From IMG/VR virus record IMGVR_UViG_3300020045_002855, positions 1 through 56,221 of that record: 56,221 bases of DNA. The stretch is one strand, 5' to 3'. The notes under the pieces are model-generated. The model searched no databases and was not told where the DNA came from. It worked only from the letters and a program-made list of their open reading frames with translations. Shown here in pieces: positions 38,525-47,183 of the stretch. Position 1 is the stretch's first letter. Each line of letters starts with the position of its first letter. This DNA comes from a virus (Duplodnaviria > Caudoviricetes). The position numbers and the translations under genes are program-made.

Positions 38525-38705
38525 CTGTCACTTTAGCAATCTTTCTAGATCTGCGCACAAGAGGGTGATGCCCTGGCAAATAGTCATGACTGCTAAAGTG
38601 ACAGCCCTTGTTTAAGGGACTGTCTACAGCTAGGCGGGAGGATTATGGCTAAACCTATCTAGCTGTACCTAAGCCCTGCTTAGGACTGCGGTGCCATTAC
38701 ACCGC
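38525..38705 (-). ncRNA. Candidate structured RNA / leader of the tRNA-like cluster
   Basis: Five adjoining stems, including a 14-bp perfect inverted repeat (38525-38538/38591-38604) and a 9-bp one (TACAGCTAG/CTAGCTGTA); no credible ORF. Confidence 0.5.
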
Positions 38706-38714
38706 TCTGGGTTC

Positions 38715-39080
38715 TTACTCCGCCGAAGCAATCTCAGCGGCAGGAGCAATCTCAGCGGCAGGAGCAGTCTCAGCTTCTGGAGCAATCTCAGCGGCAGGAG
38801 CCACCACAGCGTCTGCCAGCTTCCACACACCAACTGCCACGATGGTGCCATTCTCACCGGGCACAGGGCGGACGGTGAACTTGCTCTTGTCACCGGTGCG
38901 TTTCTTGTAGGCCGACAGGGCGCTGGTCAAGCGTGCTTGGACCTTAGCGGCATCCACCACTTCGGTTTCCAGCACGGCTTCATCGGAACCTGCAACCAGG
39001 GCCGAGAAGTCATACTTGGAGCCCTTGGTGGACATGCGGACCAGGGCTGGCATTTTGGCGACTTGAGTAACGATAGACAT
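38715..39080 (-). CDS. Small putative DNA-binding protein with an APAAEI-repeat tail
   Basis: SKYDF...FTVR...VGVWK core seen in small phage proteins; 18-bp tandem repeats at the 3' end; AAGGA RBS. Confidence 0.65.
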   Translation of the reverse strand: MSIVTQVAKMPALVRMSTKGSKYDFSALVAGSDEAVLETEVVDAAKVQARLTSALSAYKKRTGDKSKFTVRPVPGENGTIVAVGVWKLADAVVAPAAEIAPEAETAPAAEIAPAAEIASAE

Positions 39081-39192
39081 TTGGGAAATCCTTTTGGTTG
39101 GTTGAAGTACGTAGTATAACGAAAAACTAGAGTCAGGGAAAATTTTTCAAACTATTTCTGGGGGGAGACCTGTTGCGTATTTTCCACATACG

Positions 39193-39534
39193 TCAGACGG
39201 TCTGGTCAGGGGCCTTTGCAGGCTTCTTTGCTTGGAGCTTGGTCACGGGCTCTGTAATCTTACTGGCACGCTGAAAGCCTTGCTTGGCCTCCCGGAGAAG
39301 GGTTGGCTCTTCCACCGCCACCTTCAATTCAAACTCGCCGACAAGTCCAGATGCCGCAGCGAAAGCCTGTTTTTGTATGTCAAGTCTTTTGATCTTAGCT
39401 TCCAGCATCGTAACTTGAGCCTGCCAAGATTCAAGTGTCCCATAAGCCTGCAGTAGGGCTACTTGGCAGCGTTCCAGCTCTTTGCCTACCAAAACTTCCA
39501 CGCTAGGGTTGAACAGGTTCTTGATGAATTTCAT
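39193..39534 (-). CDS. Hypothetical coiled-coil protein
   Basis: 113-aa ORF in the operon. Confidence 0.55.
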   Translation of the reverse strand: MKFIKNLFNPSVEVLVGKELERCQVALLQAYGTLESWQAQVTMLEAKIKRLDIQKQAFAAASGLVGEFELKVAVEEPTLLREAKQGFQRASKITEPVTKLQAKKPAKAPDQTV

Positions 39535-39730
39535 AAGTCTTTACTTTCTTACCTTTGTAATATGATGAATGAATAGCCCACATAGAGTGTTTCATCACCA
39601 GTATGTGACGAACTCTCCCCTCTGTGGCGGTTGGTAGGGCTGCTTTAATGGAGAAGAAGCCTGCAACTTTAGCACCTGATGAGGTAACTACAACTACAGG
39701 CCTCTCACCCTTGTACTCTTTAAGTTTCAC
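39503..39730 (-). CDS. Hypothetical protein
   Basis: 75-aa ORF tiling between neighbours. Confidence 0.45.
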   Translation of the reverse strand: MKLKEYKGERPVVVVTSSGAKVAGFFSIKAALPTATEGRVRHILVMKHSMWAIHSSYYKGKKVKTYEIHQEPVQP

Positions 39731-39732
39731 AG

Positions 39733-39972
39733 TCAGATACCAAGGTTTCCTGTTTCGGGTGTGAGATTAACGTCACGGCGTTTTCCTTTAACTAATCTTA
39801 AATGGTCATCTTTGACCTGCAACCACCCGATTACAGCACCTTTATACTTGATGCTCCACTTTCTGCGCTGCTGCGTTTGGTAACCTTGCGCAGCGACAGC
39901 CAGCAGTGTCCGCAGTGTTACACCGAGATCGGTAATCTCGATGTAACCCTCTTGGTGGAGGTGAACTGACAT
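39733..39972 (-). CDS. Hypothetical protein
   Basis: 79-aa ORF; start overlaps the peptidase stop. Confidence 0.5.
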   Translation of the reverse strand: MSVHLHQEGYIEITDLGVTLRTLLAVAAQGYQTQQRRKWSIKYKGAVIGWLQVKDDHLRLVKGKRRDVNLTPETGNLGI

Positions 39973-41120
39973 TACGTAAAGAACCGATTCAGTACGTCAA
40001 CTTCCATTTGCAACGCTTTCTTCTTGGCAAAAAGCAGACATAAAAGGTCAGACGCAATGGTGGGTTCTTCCTCAACAAGTGCTATAAAATCCTCATAAGT
40101 GTATTGCTCCAACTCCTCCATAAGTGAAAGGGTTGGCACGACAGGCTTAGATACAGGAGCCTTAAAAGGAGAGTTTGTCTTTCCGCCTGCTCTGGTATCA
40201 AGTAATCCGTAGAAGTCTTCATTGAACATATTTCGCTGGTACGGCGGCTCTACTGCAATCTTTCGTACTGTAGGAATCTTGCCCCAGTTCACTTTGATTG
40301 CAGCAGCGACAAACGCCTCAAGGTGGTCCACATCAAGATATTCGTTAGGGGTGTGTTGGTCCATGTAACCTACCCCCATGTTGAAACACTCAGGAATTGC
40401 TTTAGCGTAAATCTTTGTGTCAGTAAATGAACCCCTGTGCGAGACTTCATAAGGTAGGCCGAGGTCTGTAAAGGCCTTGGCGATAGCCTCTCCCGCAGCT
40501 ACAGAGGCACATGGTGAGCCACCTTGTGTGCAAATCACCTCATAGTTATCTGCACGATCAAAGGCAATAGCCCGGTCAAACATTTCCAGCCACGCTTGGT
40601 TTTTAGCCAGGAAAGCTCGTGACCCAATGCCGCCCTTCTCTTCACCTGTATTGAAGATATAAGAGCCAGGAACCTTGGCTTCCATCATCTTCAACATGAT
40701 GTAGATACCCGCACCATCGTCAGCACCGAGGCAACCAGACGTTTTCTTGTCCAGCAGCATCAAGTGTCCCATAGTAGGGTCAAATGCCAGTGCTTGCTGC
40801 GTGCCATCGCTCTCCTTGGCACTGTGGCAGGTATCCACATGGCAGCTAAATAGCGTGGTACTCTTTGGGTCTGTAACAGCCGTGATTACACCTTCCACAC
40901 GAATTTCTGGGACGTACCCCAGGGACTTGATGTAAGCGTGCAGCCAGATACGAAAGTCAGTATCACCCTTGCTACCGTGGCAGCGCCGTGTACTGAGAAT
41001 CCGGTGCAGCAGGGGGTCTAGCAACTCTTTAGACTGTGGCACGGATGGTGACGGGATTGAGGGTGCCGCCTGGGAGGTTGTAGCTGGTTGCAGGGGTGAG
41101 GTCAGTTTCTGGTTGGTCAT
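39972..41120 (-). CDS. M28/M20-family zinc peptidase
   Basis: CHVDT, LGADDGAG, GEEKGGIGS, AIAFDR, FTD and QHT.NE metal-ligand motifs; start uncertain (41120 or 41147). Confidence 0.85.
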   Translation of the reverse strand: MTNQKLTSPLQPATTSQAAPSIPSPSVPQSKELLDPLLHRILSTRRCHGSKGDTDFRIWLHAYIKSLGYVPEIRVEGVITAVTDPKSTTLFSCHVDTCHSAKESDGTQQALAFDPTMGHLMLLDKKTSGCLGADDGAGIYIMLKMMEAKVPGSYIFNTGEEKGGIGSRAFLAKNQAWLEMFDRAIAFDRADNYEVICTQGGSPCASVAAGEAIAKAFTDLGLPYEVSHRGSFTDTKIYAKAIPECFNMGVGYMDQHTPNEYLDVDHLEAFVAAAIKVNWGKIPTVRKIAVEPPYQRNMFNEDFYGLLDTRAGGKTNSPFKAPVSKPVVPTLSLMEELEQYTYEDFIALVEEEPTIASDLLCLLFAKKKALQMEVDVLNRFFT

Positions 41121-43056
41121 TTGATGCTTTCGTTTGGGCATGTTCATTAATAATTGTTTGTGTCAACTCTGCCAATTCAGTTGGCACTTCAATTTTCGTA
41201 GTAGTTACATTGCCTTGGTTATCGTAAGACTCAGGCGAAGTTTCCGCCATATGTAGGTTGTACCACCGGAATACTTCTAAGTGGTCCTTCGCTTCTGGGT
41301 ACCTTTCTCGGAGTTGCTTCTGCAGAATGTGAAGCGCTTTTCTAATCAGTTGCGCTGATTTGGTGCCAGACATGTAGATCATCTGGTCGTCAACCCTTAC
41401 TCGGTCATCGTAGCCAAGGTTTGCCAACGCTCCTACGACACCCCTCTCAACGCTGGAGTAGCTATTGGCTCGCAGTGTGAGGGCTCTGCGCCACAGGTCT
41501 GATCCTGGTTCCGTGTCGGGTCGCTTGCCTTTCAGGTAATAGAAAGTATTATTAAAGATAGTAACACTCTCCGTGTTACGTAAGAACTCATAATTGCCAT
41601 CCCACAACTCAACTACACCGCTGTAACCCGGTACAACTTTACGGTTTGATTTTGTGCGGCGAATGCAGGTCTTGTCAGAAACATAAGCCTTGATCTTACT
41701 ATCTGCACTATGTACCTGTGTCCAACCCTTTTGGACTCTAGAATGGTGCATAACTACAAAATCTGCATTCCCACTTACATGGTGTACAACATCAGATGTT
41801 TTTAGGTACCCTTCGCCAGTTGTTATGACATTTTCTCTTTCTACCCAACCTTGCTCTCCTGGGTAGTAAAGCTCGCTCAACTTCACAAAACCCAAGCGCT
41901 GCCGCATTTCCTGCGTGTCTATGTAGTGTTCCAAGGACCTGTATGAACGCTCCCGGTGCTCAAACGTCTCGTCCAGGCACAGCACCTTAAAGGTGCTTTC
42001 ATTTACAAACACTCTTGCCACCTTGGCTGCAGGCGGTACGTTACATTTCTGCACAAAACGTATCTTACCTAAATGGTAAATCTGTTCTGCTTTGTGCAAC
42101 AGAGTGGAAAAGACCTCCCCTGTAATGTAGTCCTGCTGCATAAAGTCAGCTGATGAAATGTTCTCAAGTCTTAATACACCTGAGGCACTGGTTCCACTGA
42201 CACCTGCATTATATTTAATACTCCTGACAGCCAGCAAGGTTTTGGCACTGACCTGTACAAGTTCATTGTCTATCCGAACTACGTTTGGGTCGGTGCCTCC
42301 TGAGTCTAGATATGGGAAGATAAATTCATTGTTGTCTTCTTCCTGTCTAAGAGGGATAACCTTAAACTTTGCCCCAACCATAGTTCTGCGTTGGATACCA
42401 AGTCGCTCTAAGCGTTTCAGCAGCTTTGCATCCCCATAAACACGGACATAAGAACGACCTCCTGGCCCATCGAAAACCAGGCTTCGCGCATTGATGTTGC
42501 CGTCTTTGTCACGCATAACCGCCAAAGAGATACCTGGAGCGTCGTAGGCTTCTACTGGGTGATGCGATAGATGAGGGAACTGCTTCGACATGCAGGAACT
42601 TGGGCCTGTCAGGTAGGCGTTCTTGATAGCCTCTGCACCTGTCAACAACTCCAGTTCTGTAGACATATCAGCAAGGTGCTCTGCTACAAGTTCTTGTACG
42701 TACTCGTCTTTGTAGAAAGGAAAGTAACGGACAATGAAGCGGCCCAGTGAGATTTGCTGTTGACGATCTGCCTCACCGCTGCGTGCGTCTGGTGTGAAAG
42801 CCACCAGGGCCTTATCCAGGCTAGAAACATGTAGGCAGAACTGCCCCAAGGTGTTGAGAAACTCCGTCACATGGGTAGATTCGTACACACCTCGCGTGAT
42901 TCGCTCTTTCTCTCTCTCTACCCACCAGGGGCAGATAGCACTACCCCCAGTAAGTTTTGTGTACAGTGGCACATCTCTCACCGACCAGGAACGCTTGTGG
43001 TTTAGCCAATCTTCCTCAGTAGCGATTTTAGCGCTTAAGGCTTCTTTTATAGACAT
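41029..43056 (-). CDS. Large conserved phage protein of unknown function
   Basis: AAGGAG RBS before the ATG at 43056; GPSSCMS, ARSLV, RVYGD and FPYLDS motifs. Confidence 0.7.
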   Translation of the reverse strand: MSIKEALSAKIATEEDWLNHKRSWSVRDVPLYTKLTGGSAICPWWVEREKERITRGVYESTHVTEFLNTLGQFCLHVSSLDKALVAFTPDARSGEADRQQQISLGRFIVRYFPFYKDEYVQELVAEHLADMSTELELLTGAEAIKNAYLTGPSSCMSKQFPHLSHHPVEAYDAPGISLAVMRDKDGNINARSLVFDGPGGRSYVRVYGDAKLLKRLERLGIQRRTMVGAKFKVIPLRQEEDNNEFIFPYLDSGGTDPNVVRIDNELVQVSAKTLLAVRSIKYNAGVSGTSASGVLRLENISSADFMQQDYITGEVFSTLLHKAEQIYHLGKIRFVQKCNVPPAAKVARVFVNESTFKVLCLDETFEHRERSYRSLEHYIDTQEMRQRLGFVKLSELYYPGEQGWVERENVITTGEGYLKTSDVVHHVSGNADFVVMHHSRVQKGWTQVHSADSKIKAYVSDKTCIRRTKSNRKVVPGYSGVVELWDGNYEFLRNTESVTIFNNTFYYLKGKRPDTEPGSDLWRRALTLRANSYSSVERGVVGALANLGYDDRVRVDDQMIYMSGTKSAQLIRKALHILQKQLRERYPEAKDHLEVFRWYNLHMAETSPESYDNQGNVTTTKIEVPTELAELTQTIINEHAQTKASNDQPETDLTPATSYNLPGGTLNPVTIRATV

Positions 43057-43107
43057 GAATCTCTCCTTTAAAGTTGAGCATTGCTGCTCGGTGGGTGTAA
43101 TCTGGAA

Positions 43108-43182
43108 TGGTCTCAGCAACAGGAATCGAACCTGTATCTAGCGCTTAGGAGGCACTTGTTCGTTCCATTGAACTATGCTGAG
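43108..43182 (-). tRNA. tRNA-Arg (CCT)
   Basis: CTCAGCA/TGCTGAG acceptor, loop CTCCTAA, T loop TTCGATT, encoded CCA. Confidence 0.93.
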
Positions 43183-43186
43183 AGTT

Positions 43187-43261
43187 TGGTCTGCCCTGCC
43201 GGAATCGAACCAGCATTGTGGAGGTAGAAGCTCCGTCTATTATCCGTTATAGGAAGGGCAG
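43187..43261 (-). tRNA. tRNA-Arg (TCT)
   Basis: CTGCCCT/AGGGCAG acceptor, loop CTTCTAC, T loop TTCGATT, encoded CCA. Confidence 0.92.
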
Positions 43262-43265
43262 TAGT

Positions 43266-43341
43266 TGGCGCGCCGGACAGGATTTGAACCTGCGACCGAT
43301 GGCTTATGAGGCCACAACTCTAACCGCTGAGTTACCGGCGC
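43266..43341 (-). tRNA. tRNA with CAT anticodon (elongator Met or Ile2)
   Basis: GCGCCGG/CCGGCGC acceptor, loop CTCATAA, T loop TTCAAAT, encoded CCA. Confidence 0.92.
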
Positions 43342-43347
43342 TTATTC

Positions 43348-43539
43348 TTAGGTGCGAATTTCTTGCAGCACTTTTTGTACCTGTGTCAAAAGAATCTGCG
43401 CATTGGTGATGTTGTTTAGTGCTTGATTAACTAAAAAAGCGTGTGAATACTCTGTATTCTTCAGGTGGGTGTCTTTCAAAAGACGTACAATCATATCAAG
43501 TTTTGCAGCACTTGAGTGCATTTTGTCTTCGTTATTCAT
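43348..43539 (-). CDS. Hypothetical protein
   Basis: 63-aa helical ORF. Confidence 0.5.
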   Translation of the reverse strand: MNNEDKMHSSAAKLDMIVRLLKDTHLKNTEYSHAFLVNQALNNITNAQILLTQVQKVLQEIRT

Positions 43540-44050
43540 GACTGGCTTTCGAGTTGAACTTGCTTTCGAGGTATTTCCAGGCTTGGAAGGCTTCCGCTAG
43601 TGTCCAGGAATCAAGCGTTTGATGTATTGGTTCCTTTTGGTCGGCGGGCTTAGGTGGGGCACTTGCTGGTAGGTTTGCCTGGGGCGAGGCAATAACAGGT
43701 GGAGAAACGGGCAAGGGAAAGGGGAATCCTTGTTTCGGGGTTTTGGCAGAAGGCTTTTTGGGTAGTGGAAGCAGTTCATACTCACGGCCCAGTGCTGAAT
43801 AGACCTTGACTTGCTGCCGACCTAGCGCATTAGGGCCTGCGCCGGTGAAACGCTTCTCAAGTACGGAGTTTACCATCTTCCGCTTCTCCAAAACATGGAG
43901 AACTTGGTGCGTACCACTGCCGTAGATAGGCCCCAATTGGGCCGCAGTCTTCTTGGGGTTGTCACGCAAATACAACCACACTTGTTCAGTCAAGGGTTTG
44001 CTACCGATGACCTTGCGCACTTTTTGTAACTCGTCTTGAATTGTTGGCAT
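43532..44050 (-). CDS. Putative winged-helix DNA-binding protein
   Basis: VWLYLRDNPKKTAAQL....VLHVLEKRKMV pattern followed by a Pro-rich linker. Confidence 0.5.
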   Translation of the reverse strand: MPTIQDELQKVRKVIGSKPLTEQVWLYLRDNPKKTAAQLGPIYGSGTHQVLHVLEKRKMVNSVLEKRFTGAGPNALGRQQVKVYSALGREYELLPLPKKPSAKTPKQGFPFPLPVSPPVIASPQANLPASAPPKPADQKEPIHQTLDSWTLAEAFQAWKYLESKFNSKASHE

Positions 44051-44125
44051 GTTCTCACCTTGGTTGAGGGTGGAGCAGGTAGTGGGTGTGAAACCTCACA
44101 TAGAAACTTTACCCGCTAAACTGGC

Positions 44126-44704
44126 TTACTTGCTCTTCTTGGCGACGGTCTTCTTGGCGACAGGTTTTGCAACCGGCTTCACAGCTTTAGCTGCAGGCTT
44201 CACCACTTTGACCGTAGGTTTGACTTTGGTCACCGACTTTGCAGGGGCTTTGGCAACCGTTTTAGCCGTAGCAACCGCCTTCACAGGGGCTTTGACTACT
44301 TTCGCCGCAGGTTTGGCCGTTTTTGCGGCGGTTTTGGTTGGCGCTTTGGCCTTCGGTGCTGCAGTTTTCGCTGGAGCCTTGGCCTTCGGTGCCACTGGTG
44401 CCACTGGTGCCACCGCCGGTGCCACAACCGACACAGCCACTGGCGCAGCCATGCCATCATCAAGTGCTTCGCCGGTCAGTTTGTCGGAGATGACGCGGTA
44501 GTGCTCACGACTTGGATCTTCGATGAAGAACTTGATCTTACGGCTGTGGGGAATGCCGTGGGCGCGGCGCACTTCTGCGTAGATACGCTTTTTGGTAGCC
44601 TTGCCGGTCCGGCTGTAGACACGCTTGCCTTGGTTGTCAAAGGTGCTATTTACACGGTTGGCCAGCAGTTCACGAGCTTGTTTCTCGGTTATGTACATCT
44701 TCAT
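44126..44704 (-). CDS. Histone H1-like protein (basic N-domain plus Pro/Ala/Lys/Val repeat tail)
   Basis: About 100-aa tail of PAK/KPAAK/KTVAK repeats. Confidence 0.75.
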   Translation of the reverse strand: MKMYITEKQARELLANRVNSTFDNQGKRVYSRTGKATKKRIYAEVRRAHGIPHSRKIKFFIEDPSREHYRVISDKLTGEALDDGMAAPVAVSVVAPAVAPVAPVAPKAKAPAKTAAPKAKAPTKTAAKTAKPAAKVVKAPVKAVATAKTVAKAPAKSVTKVKPTVKVVKPAAKAVKPVAKPVAKKTVAKKSK

Positions 44705-44899
44705 TTGATATTTTCCTGTCAAGGTTGTTATGCAGAAACAGTTCTGCGGGATTAAGCGGTTATCAAGCGCTTAAACAAGTCTAGTGGGACTTGTTTAAGG
44801 GTTTTGACTTTTAGTTTGCGTAGTACCAATCGCCCTCACGACGAATGAACGCTTCCGTCTTACCCACCTTGATAGACAGGCCTGGACTGCTTAGAGCTG

Positions 44900-45181
44900 T
44901 CAGCATGTTTTGACTAGTTCCCCAGAAACGGAGCCTTGGCAGCTCAGGATTGGATACCAGTACGCCGTATGCAGAGCTGGTGCCACCTTCTCAGGTGCAG
45001 GCACTTCCATGTCACCGATCTTGATGGTGTTGGGTTTGACACGGATGTTGCTGTGCAGGTAGCTGTATAACATGTGTATAGGGTCTATACAACTATCCCA
45101 CTTGCCATTATGAAAGTATTCCAGTTGCTTCCCGTCAATCAAAGCCTGCAACAAGTTCTTTGTGTGTTCATTCATAATCAT
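44900..45181 (-). CDS. Hypothetical protein
   Basis: MIMNEHTKNLLQALIDGKQLEY...RVKP.TI.IG..EVPAP; ATGA-coupled. Confidence 0.6.
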   Translation of the reverse strand: MIMNEHTKNLLQALIDGKQLEYFHNGKWDSCIDPIHMLYSYLHSNIRVKPNTIKIGDMEVPAPEKVAPALHTAYWYPILSCQGSVSGELVKTC

Positions 45182-45630
45182 TCTCCAATCAGAATCCGGC
45201 GGACGGCCACGGCACGAAACTCGAAGTCCTTGACGTCCCAATAGCTGTAGCCGAGCTCGAAATCCTGCACATAGGCGTAGTGGCGGGAGGTCTGCGAGCT
45301 GGTCCAGTGGTAGCCAGGCTGGAAAATCTGCGGCATAGTCGCTGCACACAGCATGGCTTCGGCCTGGCTGGGAAGGTAACAGTCGCCGGGCAGGGCGCGA
45401 ATGGTGATGGCCAGTGGGCTGCCTGCCTCGGCCATGGCCAGGGTGTTGGCGTGGCCGTCGAAGCGGCTTTGCGCGCCGGGGATATCCTGGCCGTACTCGC
45501 CCCAAGGTCCCTTTGGAAGGTCTTGTTCTGCAGGAACAAGAATGTGCCAGTGCCGCTTGCCATCTGTGGCAATTCCTGCATAGTGGGCGTTTTGTTCAGG
45601 CCAGTATTGGCCGGGAAGTGGCATTTTCAT
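45178..45630 (-). CDS. DUF1566/Lcl-type (C-type lectin-like fold) protein
   Basis: DG.ANT.AM, YLPSQAE, HWTSSQ...AYVQDF..G.......FRAVAVRR. Confidence 0.75.
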   Translation of the reverse strand: MKMPLPGQYWPEQNAHYAGIATDGKRHWHILVPAEQDLPKGPWGEYGQDIPGAQSRFDGHANTLAMAEAGSPLAITIRALPGDCYLPSQAEAMLCAATMPQIFQPGYHWTSSQTSRHYAYVQDFELGYSYWDVKDFEFRAVAVRRILIGE

Positions 45631-45920
45631 GTTTGATCCTTTGATATTTCTGCCATAAACAGAAGGGCGTAGACCCTTCGCTGGTAAGCTTGTTTAATTT
45701 CCTGCGGCTCTGCCGGACCTAAGCGTGTTGGACCCATGAAGTAGGCAAACTCCCCTCCTGAATGGTCAAACACACCCTTAAAGTCTTTTGCGCATTTCAG
45801 CTTGATTGGGTGATCTGGTGGGAAGTCACTTAGGTACACCCTGGATATAGCGTAGCATGCTCCGTAAGAGCTTTTTTCTACGTACTCGGCAGCCGCTAAA
45901 AAGATTTCTGAGGCTTTCAT
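45627..45920 (-). CDS. Hypothetical protein
   Basis: MKASEIFLAAAE...GACYAI...RRVYALLFMAEI; AGGAG RBS. Confidence 0.6.
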   Translation of the reverse strand: MKASEIFLAAAEYVEKSSYGACYAISRVYLSDFPPDHPIKLKCAKDFKGVFDHSGGEFAYFMGPTRLGPAEPQEIKQAYQRRVYALLFMAEISKDQT

Positions 45921-46073
45921 GCTAGTGTTCTCCTACGAGTTCCAGGAACACCTGCCACTCCCTGGAATCAGCTTTCAGTACACGATAGTCGTCAGACTTG
46001 TGACTGTACTCAGGCAGGTCTGTTCTGTAGCACCAAGTGCCACAGGGCCAGCTAATCACGTCGTCTTCCGAGG

Positions 46074-46334
46074 TCATAGCAGCGGCAACTGCGGCAAGAC
46101 AAGTTCTTCTTGGTAATACCAGTGAGAGACAAGGTCTTTAATTGTCGTGCCTAGGTACGTGCCTTCTGGCGTTGACCAACCTGTGTAACCCTCTTTGATG
46201 TAGATGGCCATCGTGTCTTCTCCATCGAACGAGTACCACAGCATGGGACACCCACCCTGCAACTGCACGCTGAGTGGTTTCCAGCTCTTTGGTACGGTAA
46301 CCCGCCCAGGTATGAGATCAAGTTTGTGAATCAT
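46074..46334 (-). CDS. Conserved small phage protein
   Basis: PLSVQLQ...P.LW...TG......YLGT......V.H motif; AAGGA RBS. Confidence 0.6.
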   Translation of the reverse strand: MIHKLDLIPGRVTVPKSWKPLSVQLQGGCPMLWYSFDGEDTMAIYIKEGYTGWSTPEGTYLGTTIKDLVSHWYYQEELVLPQLPLL

Positions 46335-46824
46335 GATTGGTTTCCTTTAAGCTTGGAAAAAGCGCAAGCCATTCGCTGTAACTGTCTAAACTGTTATCGT
46401 AACCTTCCGGCATGAGAACAGTTTCCTGATGCACAAAAAGACCGTGTGGGTCTACATCTTCTCCTCGTTTAACAGGTAGACGAAGGTAATTCCACGGGCA
46501 TGTGTGCTCGTTATAGTAGTACACATCACTACTGAAATCCCAAGGTCTTTCTTTAGGTACAACCTTGGAATCTTTAGGTACAACCTTGGAACCTTTAACT
46601 ACAATGTGAATAGGTGGCATCACATCTAAACGCAGCAGAACAAGTGTCTTCACCCGCTTTTGGTTGTTTGGTTTTACGTGTAGCTTTCCGTTAGAATCCA
46701 GCAGACCCTTATAACCACAGCCACATGAATCGCAAAACCAAGGTCCGAAGGACGTGCCTAATCTTATGTTAACCGTCGTTACGCTGGAGTCTCCACACTC
46801 CGGGCAGCTTATGAATTTTTCCAT
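46318..46824 (-). CDS. Zinc-ribbon protein
   Basis: CPECG and WFCDSCG; YYYNEHTCP; internal 21-bp tandem duplication. Confidence 0.65.
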   Translation of the reverse strand: MEKFISCPECGDSSVTTVNIRLGTSFGPWFCDSCGCGYKGLLDSNGKLHVKPNNQKRVKTLVLLRLDVMPPIHIVVKGSKVVPKDSKVVPKERPWDFSSDVYYYNEHTCPWNYLRLPVKRGEDVDPHGLFVHQETVLMPEGYDNSLDSYSEWLALFPSLKETNHDSQT

Positions 46825-46826
46825 GG

Positions 46827-47183
46827 CTATGGCAAGGTCTCTATGTACCTGTCAAACATAGCCAAGACTTCTTGATGACTGCTGGAGTCATTAAAATCGG
46901 GAATACAGCAATACTTCGTGTTAGCCGAAATGTATTCAGCAAACTTCTGCTTAACGCGGATAGCATTGAGGTAAGCAAACTTTGCCTTTATGGCACTTTT
47001 GTAGATAGCGCCTATCGCACAGAAGCAAACAGCTTCCCTGGCTAGGTAGTCAACATGCTGACTTTTACTGCCTCGTGCTATGTATCCCTGAGTCCAATTT
47101 TCAGGCTTCTCGATGAGGGCTCTCGCTGCTATGAGGATTTCTTTGTCCATTTGGACTTTCCATGAATCGTTTTCTTTAGTCAT
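46827..47183 (-). CDS. DUF6197-like protein
   Basis: L..AR.LI..PENWTQG..AR...CFCAIGAI...FND...H.EVLAMFD. Confidence 0.7.
   Translation of the reverse strand: MTKENDSWKVQMDKEILIAARALIEKPENWTQGYIARGSKSQHVDYLAREAVCFCAIGAIYKSAIKAKFAYLNAIRVKQKFAEYISANTKYCCIPDFNDSSSHQEVLAMFDRYIETLP

Noticed and set aside
44049-44501. Hydrophobic + strand ORF as a membrane protein
   Set aside because: It is the antisense shadow of the Lys/Ala/Pro repeats of the H1-like gene; the same applies to most short antisense ORFs within the tape measure, J-like and polymerase genes
44900-45505. 201-aa ORF as listed in the track
   Set aside because: Its first ~108 codons are an alternative frame of the GC-rich DUF1566 gene; the credible start is 45181
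45178-45630. Complete diversity-generating retroelement
   Set aside because: No reverse transcriptase and no second copy of the variable region seen in this window
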